Assembly (NCBI GenBank): GCA_964016885.1
Contig: OZ024745.1
Coordinates: 930,001-994,000 of the forward strand
Direction: 5' to 3'
Length of the DNA: 64,000 nucleotides
Source of the DNA: Eledone cirrhosa
Taxonomy: Eukaryota
Shown here: in pieces, positions 61,751 to 64,000 of the stretch
Layout of the letters: the number at the start of each line of letters is the position of its first letter
Numbering within the stretch: the stretch's first letter is position 1
Notes under the pieces: model-generated
Databases searched by the model: none
Seen by the model: the letters and a program-made list of their open reading frames with translations, nothing else
Told to the model about the DNA's origin: nothing
Program-made: the position numbers and the translations under genes

Positions 61751-64000
61751 ACATACAGGGATACAGTGTACCTATTCTAAACTAGATATACATGGTATTA
61801 CAACATACAGGGATACAGTGTACCTATTCTAAACTAGATATATATGGTCTTACATCATACAGGGATACAGTGTACCTATTCTAAACTAGATATACATGGT
61901 ATTACAACATACAGGGATACAGTGTACCTATTCTAAACTAGATATACATGGTATTACAACATACAGGGATACAGTGTACCTATTCTAAACTAGATATACA
62001 TGGTCTTATGACATACAGGGATACAGTGTACCTATTCTAAACTAGATATACATGGTCTTACAACATACAGGGATACAGTGTACCTATTCTAAACTAAATA
62101 TATATGGTATTATGACATACAGTGATACAGTGTACCTATTCTAAACTAGATATACATGGTATTACAACATACAGGGATACAGTGTCCCTATTCTAAACTA
62201 GATATATATGGTATTACAACATACAGGGATACAGTGTACCTATTCTAAACGAGATATACATGGTATTACAGCATACAGGGATACAATGTATCTATTCTAA
62301 ACTAGATATACATGGTATTATGACATACAGGGATACAGTGTACCTATTCTAAACTAGATATATATGGTATTACAACATACAGGGATACAGTGAACCTATT
62401 CTAAACTAGATATACATGGTATTACAACATACAGGGATACAGTGTACCTATTCTAAACTAGATATATATGGTCTTACAACATACAGAGATACAATGTACC
62501 TATTCTAAACTAGATATACATGGTATTACAACATACAGGGATACAGTGTACCTATTCTAATCTAGATATATATGGTATTACAACATACAGGGATACAGTG
62601 TACCTATTCTAAACTAGATATATATGGTATTACAACATACAGGGATACAGTGTACCTATTCTAAACGAGATATACATGGTATTACAGCATACAGGGATAC
62701 AATGTATCTATTCTAAACTAGATATACATGGTATTATGACATACAGGGATACAGTGTACCTATTCTAAACTAGATATATATGGTATTACAACATACAGGG
62801 ATACAGTGTACCTATTCTAAACTAGATATACATGGTACTACAACATACAGGGATACAGTGTACCTATTCTAAACTAGATATATATGGTCTTACAACATAC
62901 AGGGATACAGTGTACCTATTCTAAACTAGATATACATGGTATTACAACATACAGGGATACAGTGTACCTATTCTAAACTAGATATACATGGTCTTATGAC
63001 ATACAGGGATACAGTGTACCTATTCTAAACTAGATATACATGGTCTTACAACATACAGGGATACAGTGTACCTATTCTAAACTAAATATATATGGTATTA
63101 TGACATACAGGGATACAGTGTACCTATTCTAAACTAGATATATATGGTCTTACATCATACAGGGATACAGTGTACCTATTGTAAACTAGATATATATGGT
63201 ATTACAACATACAGGGATACAGTGTACCTATTCTAAACTAGATATACATGGTATTAACACATACAGAGATACAGTGTACCTATTCTAAACTAGATATACA
63301 TGGTATTACATCATACAGGGATACAGTGTACCTATTGTAAACTAGATATACATGGTATTACAACATACAGGGATACAGTGTACCTATTCTAAACTAGGTA
63401 TATATGGTATTACAAAATACAGGGATACAGTGTACCTATTCTAAACTAGGTATACATGGTATTAACACATACAGAGATACAGTGTACCTATTCTAAAATA
63501 GATATATATGGTCTTACATCATACAGGGATACAGTGTACCTATTCTAAACTAGATATACATGGTATTACATCATACAGGGATACAGTGTACCTATTCTAA
63601 ACTAGATATATATGGTATTACAACATACAGGGATAGTGTACCTATTCTAAGCTAGATATACATGGTATAATGACATACAGGAATACAGTGTACCTATTCT
63701 AAACTAGATATACATGGTGTTATGACATACAGGGATACAGTGTCCCTATTCTAAACTAGATATATATGGTATTACAACATACAGGGATACAGTGTACCTA
63801 TTCTAAACGAGATATACATGGTATTACAGCATACAGGGATACAATGTATCTATTCTAAACTAGATATACATGGTATTATGACATACAGGGATACAGTGTA
63901 CCTATTCTAAACTAGATATATATGGTATTACAACATACAGGGATACAGTGAACCTATTCTAAACTAGATATACATGGTATTACAACATACAGGGATACAG

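Larger units (their letters stand above)
1..64000. repeat. 52-bp tandem satellite array, about 1,230 head-to-tail monomers, open at both window ends
   Basis: The monomer TATTCTAAACTAGATATACATGGTATTACAACATACAGGGATACAGTGTACC (52 bp, 17/52 G+C) recurs continuously, e.g. exact copies at 2721-2772 and 4281-4332. Most monomers differ from consensus by 0-4 substitutions. No non-repeat sequence was seen. Confidence 0.99.
49950..64000. repeat. Dispersed duplication: about 49950-52186 copied at about 61760-64000 (offset 11,814 bp)
   Basis: ACATACAGTGATAC 50301 vs 62115, GTACTACAAC 51021 vs 62835, and TGAACC 50577 vs 62391 and 52135 vs 63949 all give 11814. Confidence 0.9.

Noticed and set aside
1-64000. 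CRISPR array or other repeat-spacer system
   Set aside because: There are no unique spacers. The entire 52 bp is repeated, and differences are point variants shared among many monomers. No leader or cas genes are present.
1-64000. Protein-coding repeat ORF on either strand
   Set aside because: Each monomer has TAA and TAG on the plus strand (CTAAACTAG) and TAG/TAA on the minus strand (CTA three times, TTA). Because 52 mod 3 = 1 the frame rotates, so every frame meets stops within about 156 bp. The ATG in CATGG opens only very short peptides.
1-64000. Variant pattern as an encoded message, synthetic data storage or diversity-generating cassette library
   Set aside because: The variant order is explained by nested block duplication with inherited markers. 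There is no recombinase, reverse transcriptase, expression site or designed index structure in the window.
1-64000. Rolling-circle or concatemer sequencing artefact
   Set aside because: The same complex variants recur exactly in collinear blocks at many different offsets, which fits neither random read error nor a single circular template. Local misassembly remains possible.
1-64000. Telomeric repeat, plasmid iterons, or tRNA/5S rRNA tandem genes
   Set aside because: The unit lacks a G-rich telomere motif and is longer and more variable than telomerase repeats. Iteron arrays have few copies beside a rep gene. The monomer shows no cloverleaf, A/B box or 5S similarity.

Overview
The whole 64-kb window is one uninterrupted head-to-tail tandem array (satellite or very long minisatellite) of a 52-bp monomer at about 33% GC. 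The consensus is TATTCTAAACTAGATATACATGGTATTACAACATACAGGGATACAGTGTACC, in roughly 1,230 copies, all in the same orientation, and the array runs off both ends of the window. I see no genes, RNA genes, mobile elements, unique spacers or inversions, and I cannot assign the repeat to a named family or organism; the architecture is most typical of eukaryotic satellite DNA. I found no evidence for a new protein-coding or CRISPR-like system. The informative signal lies in the variants: (i) nested multi-monomer duplications with offsets of 156, 572, 1402, 1558, 3482, 4980, 5438, 6112, 11814 and 14701 bp instead of one fixed higher-order repeat; (ii) regional variant sets and a more diverged island at about 53.7-61.7 kb; (iii) a linked CA/TG dimorphism that looks like a fossil methylated CpG; (iv) recurrent substitutions that improve an internal imperfect palindrome; (v) microhomology-bounded deletions. 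Offsets were measured by eye from marker variants, and block boundaries are approximate.
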